A stretch of DNA of 64,000 bases from Acidobacteriota bacterium (GCA_965263035.1 OZ253580.1:4032001-4096000); one strand, 5' to 3'. Positions 26,248 to 36,228 are shown, counted from the stretch's first letter. Notes: generated by a model not told the origin, from the sequence alone. A program made the numbers and translations.

Positions 26248-27036
26248 TCAGTGAGTCATGGCGTAAACGATGTAGTTGATCCCCAGCTGGAAGGCCAGAT
26301 TGGCATATTTCCGGGGGTACTCCTCCACTTCGGCCCACTCCCAGGCATCTCCGAGATCCACGTTGTGGTTGATCATCACCATGAGGCGCCCCCGTTCATC
26401 CATGATCCCCATGTAACGCGCGTCGTATCCGCCCTTCTCCCAGGTTTTCCCGTAGAACAGGTACTGGATTCCCGGAATCTGGATCAACTCATCGATGTCG
26501 TAATAGCAGTGGAAGACCGGATGAGAGAGAGGGAGGTCCACCGGCTCGTATTCCGGGAATACCTTCTTGATCTGCTGGTAGAAATTGTTCCACTCCCAGG
26601 CGCCATGGAAATCGTCCACCACCAGAAATCCGCCCCGCAGAAGATACTCCCTCAGCTTCGACGCCTCCTGGTCGGAGAGATGCATCCTCCCGACTTCCAC
26701 CGCGTAGAGGAATGGGTAGTCGAACACCTCGGCATCCAGAATGGAGAGGGCCTTGTTGCCGGAAGAGACGAAGGTGAAGTCGCTCAGTTTCTCCAGGCCG
26801 TACAGGAACTGGAGATCGGCTTTCGGATAGTCGGTCTGCCAACTCCAGCTCCACCCTTGGCGCGCCCAGCCGGGACCCGAGTAGACCAGACGCAGAAAGG
26901 TGAACTCCGAGTCATGACTGTCTTCTGTTTTGGGACTATGGTGGTCGCCGCCGGCAGCCAGGGCCAACCAAGTCAGCGGCGCCGCCGCGGCCAGCAGCCA
27001 CATCTTTCCGAATGTCGGTTTCCTGAACACGACCAA
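26248..27036 (-). CDS. DUF4159 family exported protein
   Basis: WQTDYPKAD, YPFLY, LREYLLRGGFLVVDDF, DLGDAWE, GINYIVYAMTH. Confidence 0.88.
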   Translation of the reverse strand: MVVFRKPTFGKMWLLAAAAPLTWLALAAGGDHHSPKTEDSHDSEFTFLRLVYSGPGWARQGWSWSWQTDYPKADLQFLYGLEKLSDFTFVSSGNKALSILDAEVFDYPFLYAVEVGRMHLSDQEASKLREYLLRGGFLVVDDFHGAWEWNNFYQQIKKVFPEYEPVDLPLSHPVFHCYYDIDELIQIPGIQYLFYGKTWEKGGYDARYMGIMDERGRLMVMINHNVDLGDAWEWAEVEEYPRKYANLAFQLGINYIVYAMTH

Positions 27037-27378
27037 TGACCTCGTTTCAGAAAAACGCGAGGGTTCACATGAGATGCGGATTCACTGTAAGGGACCCGAG
27101 CTTCCCAGACAACTCGAGGGATAGGCGAGGAAGCGAGGGAGGCGGCACTCCACGGCTCCGTCCGACGGGTGAGAACGTGCTCCTCCAACCGTCGCTGCCG
27201 ACCCTCCCATCCCGCTGCCTCCTCGTCTTCGTTCTCACCCTCGTGTATACTTTTTCCCTAGTTTTCAATAGTCGGCCGGTTGTCTTTTTATTCTCTTCAA
27301 GTCTGGGGTGTAATTGGGCGAGGACAGGTGATGCAGTGGATCACGCCGATCGGTCGTAGCGGTCGAGGGAATGACGGG

Positions 27379-28638
27379 GTGACGGTGGTCTTCGCCAAGG
27401 GCAAGCTGACGATTCTTCTGCTTTCGGCGCTGGTGGTCGGCTACGGGCTCGTGGGCGGATCCATGGACCGGGTTGCGGCCCGGGACGCGTCCTACCAGGA
27501 ACTCTCCCTCTTCACGGCGGTCGTCAGCCGGGTCCAGAATGACTATGTCGAAAAGCCGGAGATGAAGGACGCCCTGTTGGGGGCCGTCCACGGGATCGTG
27601 GAGGCGGTGGATCCCTATTCGAGCTACGTTCCCCAGGAAAGCTACCAGGCGTATCGGACCCGGACCGAAGCCTCACCCGGGATCTACATTTCCAAGCGTT
27701 ACGGCTACGCCTACGTAGTTGCGGTGGTGCGCGGCAGCCCTGCCGAGCGTGAAGGAATCCGAACCGGCGATTTGATCGAGGCGATCGATGCCCGGAAAAC
27801 GGCGCAGATGAGCCGCTGGGAGGCACAATACATGCTCCAGGGAGCAGCCGGCACCGAGGTGAATCTCAGGCTGATCCGGGGTGGGCGCCGACCGCCCACC
27901 GAGATCCGGTTGGTGCGGGAGGCTCCCGTCCCCGAGAAGGTCAAGGCGGAGATCGTGGAGACGGGGCTTGGATGGCTCCGGATCCCGAGTCTTCAGCTCG
28001 GCAGCGCCAAACGGGTGCAAAAGGGGTTGCGGATGCTGCGGTCCGCCGATGTGAAAGGAATCCTGTTGGATGTTCGGAGCGTGGCCGAGGGGGAGGTGGC
28101 GGAGGCCGTCGAGATCGCGGGGTTCCTGCTTCCCAAAGGGAGCAAGGTGCTCACCGTCAAGGATCGTCGGGATCGATCCGTGGTGCACACTACGACCGCC
28201 GAGCCCTTGCTGGCCGGCGTGCCGGCGGTGGTATTGGCCGACGGTGGAACCAGCGGGGCGGCCGAGATACTTATCGCAGCACTGAAGGACCATAAGGTGG
28301 CTACGGTAGTGGGTTTGAAGACCGACGGGAGAGGATCGGGACAGGAGCTTTTCCAGCTCGGAGACGGATCGGTGCTGTATCTCGCTACCAAGCTCTACTA
28401 TCGGCCCAGCGGCAGTGCGATCCAAGAGAAGAAGCTCAAGGACTCTGGAATCTCACCCGATGTTCGAGCTCCGGACGAGGATTTCGTCTCCCATTTTTTC
28501 CTGGAGAATGTCTCGGACGATCCCGATGCGGAACTGGGAGTGGATTTCTACAAGGACGTGGAAGAAGCTGTCCGCAAAAGGCAGTTCGAGCAGGGACTCG
28601 ACGAACTGCGAGGCCGGCTGGCCAAGAAAGCTGCATGA
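27379..28638 (+). CDS. S41/CtpA-like PDZ protein with substituted catalytic residues
   Basis: DPYSSY, PDZ GSPAEREGIRTGD, TSGAAEI, GLKTDGRGS, GISPDV. Confidence 0.85.
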   Translation: MTVVFAKGKLTILLLSALVVGYGLVGGSMDRVAARDASYQELSLFTAVVSRVQNDYVEKPEMKDALLGAVHGIVEAVDPYSSYVPQESYQAYRTRTEASPGIYISKRYGYAYVVAVVRGSPAEREGIRTGDLIEAIDARKTAQMSRWEAQYMLQGAAGTEVNLRLIRGGRRPPTEIRLVREAPVPEKVKAEIVETGLGWLRIPSLQLGSAKRVQKGLRMLRSADVKGILLDVRSVAEGEVAEAVEIAGFLLPKGSKVLTVKDRRDRSVVHTTTAEPLLAGVPAVVLADGGTSGAAEILIAALKDHKVATVVGLKTDGRGSGQELFQLGDGSVLYLATKLYYRPSGSAIQEKKLKDSGISPDVRAPDEDFVSHFFLENVSDDPDAELGVDFYKDVEEAVRKRQFEQGLDELRGRLAKKAA

Positions 28639-28693
28639 GGGATTCGGGCGTGGAAGAATCATGTGATCGATCGGTAGGAAAGGAGAATCGGGA

Positions 28694-28966
28694 ATGAATA
28701 AGGCTGGGTTGATCGGCTCTATCGCCAGCAAGGCGAATCTCAGCAAGAGCGACGCCCGAGCAGCGGTGGAGGCTGTGGTGTCCACCATTCAGGCGGCCAT
28801 GAAGAGCGGTGACAAGGTTTCTCTGGTGGGGTTCGGCACCTTTTCGGCTCCCACCCGTCCTGCCCGTCCGGGGCGCAACCCTCAGACCGGAGAAGCGATT
28901 CGGATTCCCTCCAGAAAGATTCCCAAATTCACTCCCGGGAGGTCATTGAAGGACTCGATTCAGTAG
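28694..28966 (+). CDS. hup: DNA-binding protein HU
   Basis: LVGFGTF, GRNPQTGE, PKFTPG; AGGAG SD. Confidence 0.96.
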   Translation: MNKAGLIGSIASKANLSKSDARAAVEAVVSTIQAAMKSGDKVSLVGFGTFSAPTRPARPGRNPQTGEAIRIPSRKIPKFTPGRSLKDSIQ

Positions 28967-29062
28967 GGGTCGAGTCCGCCTTTGAGTCCAGAGTAAAGGT
29001 CGACGCGCCATCGGGCACTGGCCCCGGTGCGACTCGGGATTCGTGTGTTATGATCCCGGTGT

Positions 29063-29137
29063 AGGTGCGTAGCTCAGGGGGAGAGCGCTTCCTTGACGCG
29101 GAAGGGGTCAGCGGTTCAAATCCGCTCGCACCTACCA
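29063..29137 (+). tRNA. tRNA-Val(GAC)
   Basis: AGGTGCG/CGCACCT acceptor stem, CTTCC-TTGACGC-GGAAG anticodon arm, GGTTCAAATCC, CCA; TGtTATGAT -10 element just upstream. Confidence 0.97.
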
Positions 29138-29183
29138 TTTTTTTATCTGGTGGTTCGGGTTCGTAACCCGGGGTTCGATCCAA

Positions 29184-31007
29184 ATGGCCGGACAGAGAAT
29201 CATGAAGACCATCCACAGGGATGGAACCGTTCATGACGTATTCGATCCCGACGAGGCCTTGGAAACCCTGCGCCACTCGACGTCTCACTTGATGGCCCTG
29301 GCGGTCAGCCACATCTACCCGGGAGTCAGTCTGGGCATCGGTCCTCCCACTGGCGAAGGCTTCTACTACGATTTCCAGATGGCGCACCGACTGACGGACG
29401 ACGATCTGCCCCGAATCGAAGCCAAAATGGAAGAGCTCAAGGCACAGAATCTGGCTTTTGAGCCGTCCATTCTGGAGCTGTCCGAAGCGCTGGAAGTTTT
29501 TCGCAGTCACGGCGAGGAGTTGAAGACCGAGTTGATCGAAGAGCGGAAAGGAGAGGTTCTCTCTTCCTATCGCCTGGGAGACCTGGTGGATTTCTGCACC
29601 GGGCCGCACGTGCTTTCCACGGCTCGGCTCGGCTCGTTCCGGCTGCTTTCCATTGCCGGTTCCTATTGGCGGGGTGACGAACACCGAGAACAGTTGCAAC
29701 GGATTTACGGGACGGCTTTTTTCTCGTCCGGGGAACTGGATGACTACCTGAAGCGGCTGGAGGAAGCCAGAAAGCGCGACCATCGGAAATTGGGCAGGGA
29801 GTTGGACCTCTTCTCGGTTCCGGCGGGCGTGGCTCCAGGTCTCATTTTCTGGCATCCCAAGGGAGCCAAGGTCCGAGAGAAGATCGAGGAGTTCCTTCGC
29901 GAAGAGCATGAAGCGCGCGGTTACCAGTTCGTATACACGCCCCATATTGCCAAGTGCGACCTCTGGAAGACGTCCGGCCACTACGAGTTTTTCCGGGAGA
30001 ACATGTACACGTTGCCCGTTGACGACGAAGAGTACGTGCTCAAGCCCATGAACTGTCCCGGGCACATCCTCATTTACAAGTCGAGGAAACGCAGTTACCG
30101 CGAACTGCCCATCCGTCTCGCCGAGTTCGGTACCGTCTATCGGTACGAGAAGTCGGGAACGCTCCACGGGATGCTGCGGGTTCGAGGGTTCACTCAGGAC
30201 GACGCTCATATTTTCTGCCGTCCGGACCAGGTTTTTTCGGAAGTGGTTGCCACCTTGGACCTCGCCGAGCATCTTCTCAGCACGTTCGGCTTTCAAGGCC
30301 ACGAGATCATGTTGGCCGTTTGGGACTCGGAACACACCGAGCACTATGCCGGCAAGCGCGAAGATTGGGAGAGGGCCGAGTCGGTTCTGATCCGGGCGTT
30401 GGAGGAAAAGGGTTGGCCGTATAGCCGTAAGCCGGGCGAGGCTGCCTTCTATGGTCCCAAGATCGACATCAGTCTGATCGATGCTCTGGGGCGAACCTGG
30501 CAGGTCACCACGTTGCAGTTCGACTTCAACCTGCCGGCCCGTTTCAACATTACCTATGCCGATTCCGGTTCCCGCGAACAGCACGTCATCATGTTGCATC
30601 GAGCCTTGCTGGGTTCAATGGAGCGGTTCATGGGGATTCTGGTCGAACACTACGGAGGCGCGTTTCCGCCGTGGCTGTCGCCGGTGCAGGCGTCGGTGGT
30701 CCCGGTCAGCGAACGGCACCATGAATACGCGGTCGAGGTCCGCGACCGGCTCCGGGGGACAGGCTTGCGTGTCGAGGCGGACTTGAGAAACGAGAAGTTG
30801 GGTTACAAGATCAGAAGCGCCCAGATGAGCAAGGTGCCATACATGCTCGTCGTGGGTGATCGAGAGGTGCAGGGCCGTACCGTATCGGTACGGGATCGCC
30901 GGCGGGGCAATCAGGGGGCGTGCTCGTTGGACGATTTTTCCCGGATGCTTGGTCAACAGGTGTCTCAAAGAGCGCTGGACGTCCGACCATTGTTTGAGGC
31001 ATTGTGA
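29184..31007 (+). CDS. thrS: Threonyl-tRNA synthetase (no TGS domain)
   Basis: LRHSTSH, GFYYDF, DFCTGPH, RDHRKLG, KPMNCPGH, AAFYGPKID, GSMERF. Confidence 0.97.
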   Translation: MAGQRIMKTIHRDGTVHDVFDPDEALETLRHSTSHLMALAVSHIYPGVSLGIGPPTGEGFYYDFQMAHRLTDDDLPRIEAKMEELKAQNLAFEPSILELSEALEVFRSHGEELKTELIEERKGEVLSSYRLGDLVDFCTGPHVLSTARLGSFRLLSIAGSYWRGDEHREQLQRIYGTAFFSSGELDDYLKRLEEARKRDHRKLGRELDLFSVPAGVAPGLIFWHPKGAKVREKIEEFLREEHEARGYQFVYTPHIAKCDLWKTSGHYEFFRENMYTLPVDDEEYVLKPMNCPGHILIYKSRKRSYRELPIRLAEFGTVYRYEKSGTLHGMLRVRGFTQDDAHIFCRPDQVFSEVVATLDLAEHLLSTFGFQGHEIMLAVWDSEHTEHYAGKREDWERAESVLIRALEEKGWPYSRKPGEAAFYGPKIDISLIDALGRTWQVTTLQFDFNLPARFNITYADSGSREQHVIMLHRALLGSMERFMGILVEHYGGAFPPWLSPVQASVVPVSERHHEYAVEVRDRLRGTGLRVEADLRNEKLGYKIRSAQMSKVPYMLVVGDREVQGRTVSVRDRRRGNQGACSLDDFSRMLGQQVSQRALDVRPLFEAL

Positions 31008-31047
31008 TCGTTCGTCCCCGTTGATTCGAAAAAGAGGAGTCGATTCT

Positions 31048-31560
31048 ATTCAGCGAGCACGAGTCAATCATCGGATAAGAGCCAGGGAAATTCGGGTCAT
31101 CGACGAGGATGGGAGCCAGTTGGGCATCATGGCTCCGCCCGAGGCACGGCGGCTGGCTCAGGAGAGGTCTCTCGACCTGGTCGAGGTCGCTCCCACCGCC
31201 AGGCCTCCGGTTTGCCGTATCATGGACTACGGGAAGTACCTGTACCAGCAACGAAAGAAGGCCCAGGAGGCGCGAAAACACCAGAAGGTCATTCAGGTCA
31301 AGGAAGTCAAGTTCCGGCCCAAGATCGACCAGCATGACTATGAGTTCAAGAAGAAACACATTCTCCGTTTCTTGAAGGACGAAAACAGGGTCAAGGCAAC
31401 CGTCATCTTCAGGGGACGGGAGATCACTCACTCCGAGCTGGGTGAGGAGATCTTGAACCAGCTCCGGGGTGAGTTGGTCGAGGTCGCGGAAATCGAGCGG
31501 ACGCCCCGGCTGGAAGGTCACACCATGACCATGATTCTGGTGCCCAGAAAACAGCCCTGA
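31048..31560 (+). CDS. infC: Translation initiation factor IF-3 (ATT start)
   Basis: LDLVEVAP, PPVCRIMDYGK, KEVKFRP; GAGGAG SD 8 nt before the in-frame ATT. Confidence 0.93.
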   Translation: MQRARVNHRIRAREIRVIDEDGSQLGIMAPPEARRLAQERSLDLVEVAPTARPPVCRIMDYGKYLYQQRKKAQEARKHQKVIQVKEVKFRPKIDQHDYEFKKKHILRFLKDENRVKATVIFRGREITHSELGEEILNQLRGELVEVAEIERTPRLEGHTMTMILVPRKQP

Positions 31561-31582
31561 ATCCACTCGGATTTCCGCGTCA

Positions 31583-31616
31583 GACCCGGCAACTTCAGCG
31601 GCCGGGTTCGTTTTCC
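31583..31616 (+). terminator. Hairpin in the infC-rpmI spacer
   Basis: GACCCGGC-N10-GCCGGGTT followed by CGTTTTC. Confidence 0.4.
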
Positions 31617-31672
31617 GTCGGGTTGGGCGTGAGCAATCAGGGTAGAGAGCGAGGAAGACGGCGATGCGGGCG

Positions 31673-31864
31673 ATGCGATTGAAGACCAAACGCGCGGCAG
31701 CCAAGCGATTCAAGGTCACGGGATCCGGCAAGATCACCCGGCGGCACAGCCATCACAGCCACATCCTGACCAAGAAGAATCGCAAGCGGAAGCGGAATTT
31801 GAAGGACTGGGCCGACCTGTCCTCTGCGGACAGGAAGCGGGTGCGAAAGATGCTGCACATTTAG
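31673..31864 (+). CDS. rpmI: 50S ribosomal protein L35
   Basis: [24 protein letters not shown]. Confidence 0.96.
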   Translation: MRLKTKRAAAKRFKVTGSGKITRRHSHHSHILTKKNRKRKRNLKDWADLSSADRKRVRKMLHI

Positions 31865-31899
31865 CGCCCGCAGTTTCTACGGGTGCTGGAGGTTCCATC

Positions 31900-32256
31900 A
31901 TGTCGAGGGTAAAGAGAGGGGTTAAGCGCAACCGGAGACGCAAGAAGATTCTGCGCTTGGCCAAGGGCTACTGGGGCGCTAAGGGCCGGCTTCACCAGGC
32001 GGCGAAAGAACAGGTAAATCGTTCTCTGGCCTACTCCTATCGGGACCGGCGGCAGAAGAAGCGGAACTTCCGGAGGCTCTGGATCATCCGCGTCAACGCG
32101 GCCGCGCGGGAACACAGCCTTTCCTACAGCCAGTTCATGTACGGCCTGAAGAAGGCCGGGCTGGAGCTGAGCCGAAAGATGCTGGCCGATCTGGCCATCA
32201 GAGATCCAAAGGCCTTCGGCAAGATCGCTGACATGGCTCGCAGTGCCTTGCATTAG
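31900..32256 (+). CDS. rplT: 50S ribosomal protein L20
   Basis: [24 protein letters not shown]. Confidence 0.98.
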   Translation: MSRVKRGVKRNRRRKKILRLAKGYWGAKGRLHQAAKEQVNRSLAYSYRDRRQKKRNFRRLWIIRVNAAAREHSLSYSQFMYGLKKAGLELSRKMLADLAIRDPKAFGKIADMARSALH

Positions 32257-32315
32257 GTACGCGTTCGCGTCAGGATCACAACCTCTCCCGAATTCCATAT
32301 CCTGGATCTGAGTCG

Positions 32316-33341
32316 ATGAAGCCGGAAGATCCGACTCATCTCTGGCAGAGCTTTCAGGTTGAACTGCAGGACGTCTCGTCCAAGGTGGCGCTCACCCAGC
32401 TCCGGGACCGCTATCTGAGCCGTCAAAGAGGCCTGCTGACGCTCCAGTTGAGGGGTCTCGGACGACTTGCTCCCCAGGAACGGCCCCGGGTGGGCAAGAG
32501 CCTGAACCAGATCAAGGGCCGGATCGAGTCGGCCCTGGCCCAGCGAGGTCGGGAGCTTGAGTCCGGACAGCGCCGGGCTAAGCTCGAATCGGAACGTCTG
32601 GATATTACTCTGCCGGGCTATCTTCCTCCTCAGGGCAGGTCTCATCCGCTGACCCGGGTGCGGCGTGAGCTGGAGGAGATTGCCGTGCGCATGGGATTCT
32701 CCGTCCTCTCGGGACCCGAGCTGGAGCTGGATCACTACAATTTCGAGGCGCTCAACATGCCCAGGGAGCATCCTGCCCGGGACACTCAGGATACGCTCTA
32801 CATCACCGAGAACCTGCTGCTGAGGACCCATACCTCGCCGGTCCAGATCCGGACCATGGAGCGCCAGCAGCCCCCCATCCGCATGGTGGTTCCCGGTCGC
32901 GTCTACCGGCGGGACACCGTGGACGCGACTCACAGCCCCATGTTTCACCAGATGGAAGGCCTGGTCGTGGACGAGGGGATCACTTTCGGAGACCTGAAGG
33001 GCACTCTGGAAGTCTTTTTGAGAGAGTTGTTCTCCCGTGACTTGAAGGTGAGGTTCCGGCCCAGCTACTTTCCCTTCGTCGAGCCCGGTGCCGAGGTGGA
33101 CATCGAATGCATATTCTGCTCGTCCCGAGGTTGCGGGATCTGCAAGCGCACGGGATGGATCGAGATCATGGGCGCGGGCATGGTCCATCCCCGGGTCTTT
33201 TCCATGGTCGGATACGATGCCGAGCGCTATACGGGATTCGCTTGGGGAATGGGCATCGATCGGATCGCCATCCTCAAATATCGCGTCAGCGATCTGCGAC
33301 TCTTTTTCGACAATGACCTCAGGTTTCTCCGGCAGTTCTGA
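32316..33341 (+). CDS. pheS: Phenylalanyl-tRNA synthetase alpha subunit
   Basis: HPARDTQDT, LRTHTSPVQ, FRPSYFPFVEP, GAGMVHP. Confidence 0.98.
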   Translation: MKPEDPTHLWQSFQVELQDVSSKVALTQLRDRYLSRQRGLLTLQLRGLGRLAPQERPRVGKSLNQIKGRIESALAQRGRELESGQRRAKLESERLDITLPGYLPPQGRSHPLTRVRRELEEIAVRMGFSVLSGPELELDHYNFEALNMPREHPARDTQDTLYITENLLLRTHTSPVQIRTMERQQPPIRMVVPGRVYRRDTVDATHSPMFHQMEGLVVDEGITFGDLKGTLEVFLRELFSRDLKVRFRPSYFPFVEPGAEVDIECIFCSSRGCGICKRTGWIEIMGAGMVHPRVFSMVGYDAERYTGFAWGMGIDRIAILKYRVSDLRLFFDNDLRFLRQF

Positions 33342-33376
33342 CCCGGCCGCGCCGGGTTGCGCCGAACAGTGACGTC

Positions 33377-35431
33377 ATGAAAATCGGATGGAATTGGCTG
33401 CGGGAATATCTGGACCTCCAGGAATTGGACTCGGATCGGCTCTCCGAGGCTCTGGGAATGCTGGGTTTCCCCGTGGAGTCCGTGGAGGAGACCGAGGACG
33501 GCAGGGTCCTGGAACTGGAAGTGACGACGAACCGGCCCGATTGCCTGAATCATCTGGGCATCGCCCGGGAGGTCTCGGCGAGATTTGGCCTGGAGGTCAG
33601 AGTCCCCGACTGTTCGGAGCCATCGGGGAGAGGCGTCTCAAAGCCGAGAGCGCGGGTCGGCATCGAGGCGCCGGACCTGTGCCCCAGGTATGCCGCCCGA
33701 GTCATGACGGACGTGAGGATCGGTCCCTCCCCCGACTGGCTCAAGAGACGGATCGAGTCCGTGGGGCAAAGACCCGTCAACAATGTCGTCGACATCACCA
33801 ACTTTGTCCTCCACGAGTTGGGCCAACCCCTGCACGGCTTCGATCTGGACCGATTGAACGAGCGAAGGATCGTCGTCCGCAGAGCGGCGGAAGGGGAACG
33901 GTTGACCACGTTGGACGGAGTGGACAGGCGCCTCGACCCGTCCATGCTGGTCATTGCCGATGCCTCTCGAGCCGTGGCCCTGGCCGGCATTATGGGCGGG
34001 ATGGAAACGGAGATTTCCGACGCGACCAGGAATCTGCTTCTGGAGAGCGCCTACTTCGAGCCGTTGTCCGTCCGACGTACCGCCAAGCGGTTGGGAATGC
34101 GAACCGATGCCTCTTACCGGTTTGAGCGGGGTGCCGATCCGGACTTGGCGCCAAGGGCCTTGAACCGGGCCTGCCGGATGATCCGGGAGATTGCCGGAGG
34201 CTCCTGCGAGGGTTCGGTGATCGACGAGTTCCCCCGGCCCATTCCCGCCCGGGAGATCCGGCTTCGAAGCGGCCGGTTGACCCAGGTGCTGGGTGTCTCG
34301 GTGGATCCGGAATTCGTCGAAGAGGTGCTCGGCCGCCTGAGTTTCGAACTGGAGCCACAGGATAATGACTCCTGGATGGTTCGTGTCCCCAGCTTCCGAG
34401 CGGACGTGGGCCTGGAGGAGGATCTGGTGGAGGAGGTCGCACGCGAATACGGCTATGACCGGCTCCCCACCACCTATCCCGCCGCCGTGGCGGCCGGGAA
34501 GTTCTCCGAGTCGGAAGGACATAAGAGACGAGTGTCGTCCTCTCTGGAGGCCTGTGGATTCTATGAGGCCATGAACTACTCCTTCACCAATCCGGGCAGG
34601 GAGGAGATCTTCCTCGGCCGGCGGGTGCCGCTGGTTCCCATTGCCAACCCCCTTTCCGAGGATCACACTCATCTGAGAAGCACGCTCCTTCCCGGGTTGG
34701 CGGAATCGATTCGGCACAATCTGAATTTCGGCAACCGGAGCGTCCGTCTTTTCGAGACCGGAAAAGTCTTCTTCCAGAGAGGCGAGGATCCCGAGCAAGC
34801 GCAGGAGGCGCCGTATCTGGGGCTGGCGGCGACCGGCTCGGCCCATGGTCCATTCTGGAGCGGTGCTTCGGAGCCTTTCGGGTTTCATCACCTGAAGGGA
34901 ACCCTTCAGCTGCTTTTCCGGAAATTCGGATTCGAGGTCGAATACCGCAGGGTTTCCGGGCTGCCGTTTCTCCATCCCGGAATTTCCGCGGAGATCCTGC
35001 GGGAGGAACGCCGGCTCGGCGTCTTGGGACAGCTTCATCCCCGGCTCCACGCTCATTACAAGTTCTCTCAAGACGTACTGGTGGCGGAGCTCCGGTTGGA
35101 CGGGCTGTACGGCCGGGACCTCAAGGATCCGGTGTATGAGGTGTTGTCGCGGTTCCCGGCGGTGGAGCACGACTTTTCATTTCTCGTTGACAAGAGTGTG
35201 AGTTTCGCTAAACTGATGAATGCTATTCGGGGCTTGAGCATTCCGGAGCTTCGGGATATCAGGCTCATTGATCTCTATCGCGGCTCGAGTGTTCCCAAAG
35301 ACAAGGTTGGCTTGACTCTGCGTCTGACCTTTGCCGATATGGAGAGGACGCTGACTCTGCCTGAGGTCAAGCACCTTTGTGAAGGGGTTTTTTCCTTTAT
35401 GCGCCGGGAATTGGGCGCGGAGGGGCGGTAG
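33377..35431 (+). CDS. pheT: Phenylalanyl-tRNA synthetase beta subunit (short form)
   Basis: TTNRPDCL, NNVVDITN, GQPLHGFD, RFERG, DLVEEVAR; 684 aa. Confidence 0.96.
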   Translation: MKIGWNWLREYLDLQELDSDRLSEALGMLGFPVESVEETEDGRVLELEVTTNRPDCLNHLGIAREVSARFGLEVRVPDCSEPSGRGVSKPRARVGIEAPDLCPRYAARVMTDVRIGPSPDWLKRRIESVGQRPVNNVVDITNFVLHELGQPLHGFDLDRLNERRIVVRRAAEGERLTTLDGVDRRLDPSMLVIADASRAVALAGIMGGMETEISDATRNLLLESAYFEPLSVRRTAKRLGMRTDASYRFERGADPDLAPRALNRACRMIREIAGGSCEGSVIDEFPRPIPAREIRLRSGRLTQVLGVSVDPEFVEEVLGRLSFELEPQDNDSWMVRVPSFRADVGLEEDLVEEVAREYGYDRLPTTYPAAVAAGKFSESEGHKRRVSSSLEACGFYEAMNYSFTNPGREEIFLGRRVPLVPIANPLSEDHTHLRSTLLPGLAESIRHNLNFGNRSVRLFETGKVFFQRGEDPEQAQEAPYLGLAATGSAHGPFWSGASEPFGFHHLKGTLQLLFRKFGFEVEYRRVSGLPFLHPGISAEILREERRLGVLGQLHPRLHAHYKFSQDVLVAELRLDGLYGRDLKDPVYEVLSRFPAVEHDFSFLVDKSVSFAKLMNAIRGLSIPELRDIRLIDLYRGSSVPKDKVGLTLRLTFADMERTLTLPEVKHLCEGVFSFMRRELGAEGR

Positions 35432-35454
35432 CGGCGAGTTCTGGAGCCGGACAC

Positions 35455-35712
35455 GTGGACGTTGACCAGGCATGGCGGGAACTGGAAGTTTCCACAGATG
35501 AGGCGGTGAAACTCCTGGTGCGCCTTCGGAATGAAAACGCATTGCTTCAGGAAAAAATCGATCAGCTAAACCGAGAAATGGAGGAGCTGGGTAGAGACAA
35601 CCAGATCAAGACTGGGGCGGTCGAGCGTCTGCGAAGCGACGTGAAATCGCGAGTGAAACGCATCATGGAAAAGGTGTCCACCCTGGAGCAGCATCACCCG
35701 TACGGGGTGTAG
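35455..35712 (+). CDS. ZapB-like coiled-coil protein
   Basis: Heptad pattern LRNENALLQEKI; lies between pheT and zapA. Confidence 0.7.
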   Translation: MDVDQAWRELEVSTDEAVKLLVRLRNENALLQEKIDQLNREMEELGRDNQIKTGAVERLRSDVKSRVKRIMEKVSTLEQHHPYGV

Positions 35713-35719
35713 GTGAGAC

Positions 35720-36034
35720 GTGGCAGCTGAAATGGGTCAGAGCGTCACGGTCAAGATCTTTCATCGTACGTATCGTCTTCGGAGCCAAGGTGATGCTGGC
35801 CATATCCACGACTTGGCAGACTACGTGGACCGCCACATGGTCCAGGTTTCCGACCGGACGCCGACGGTAGACACGCTCAGGGTCGCCATCCTGGCCGCGT
35901 TGAGCATTGCAGACGAGTGCCTTTCCGCCAGAAGGCGGCTAGAAAGAGTTGAAGCGATGGTCTGCCGCAAGAGCGGAGAATTGAATGAGCTCTTGAGGTC
36001 CGAACTGAGTTCCGAGGGCTCCGAGCGGACCTGA
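35720..36034 (+). CDS. zapA: Cell division protein ZapA
   Basis: VTVKIFHRTYRL, LADYVD, AILAALSIADE. Confidence 0.92.
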   Translation: MAAEMGQSVTVKIFHRTYRLRSQGDAGHIHDLADYVDRHMVQVSDRTPTVDTLRVAILAALSIADECLSARRRLERVEAMVCRKSGELNELLRSELSSEGSERT

Positions 36035-36055
36035 GTGGACAGGAATGGAAACCCG

Positions 36056-36228
36056 GCCCCTGCGATGTACGTGATGGTTTGTGAGATTTGAGTCAACACT
36101 CATGAATCGGGAGCCTGAGTCCGGACGTCATGAGCTTCACCGGGATCGGTGAAGCCTGGGGCCAACGGCAGGGCACCCACCTGTTTCCGACAGGTTCAAT
36201 CTCACGCTCCACACGGCAGAGCGGGGGT
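36056..36228 (+). ncRNA. ssrS: 6S RNA
   Basis: About 173-nt rod: GCCCCTGC/GCGGGGGT ends, GTGAGATT/AATCTCAC inner stem, GGGAGC...GCACCCACCTG segments; classic position between zapA and rny. Confidence 0.85.
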
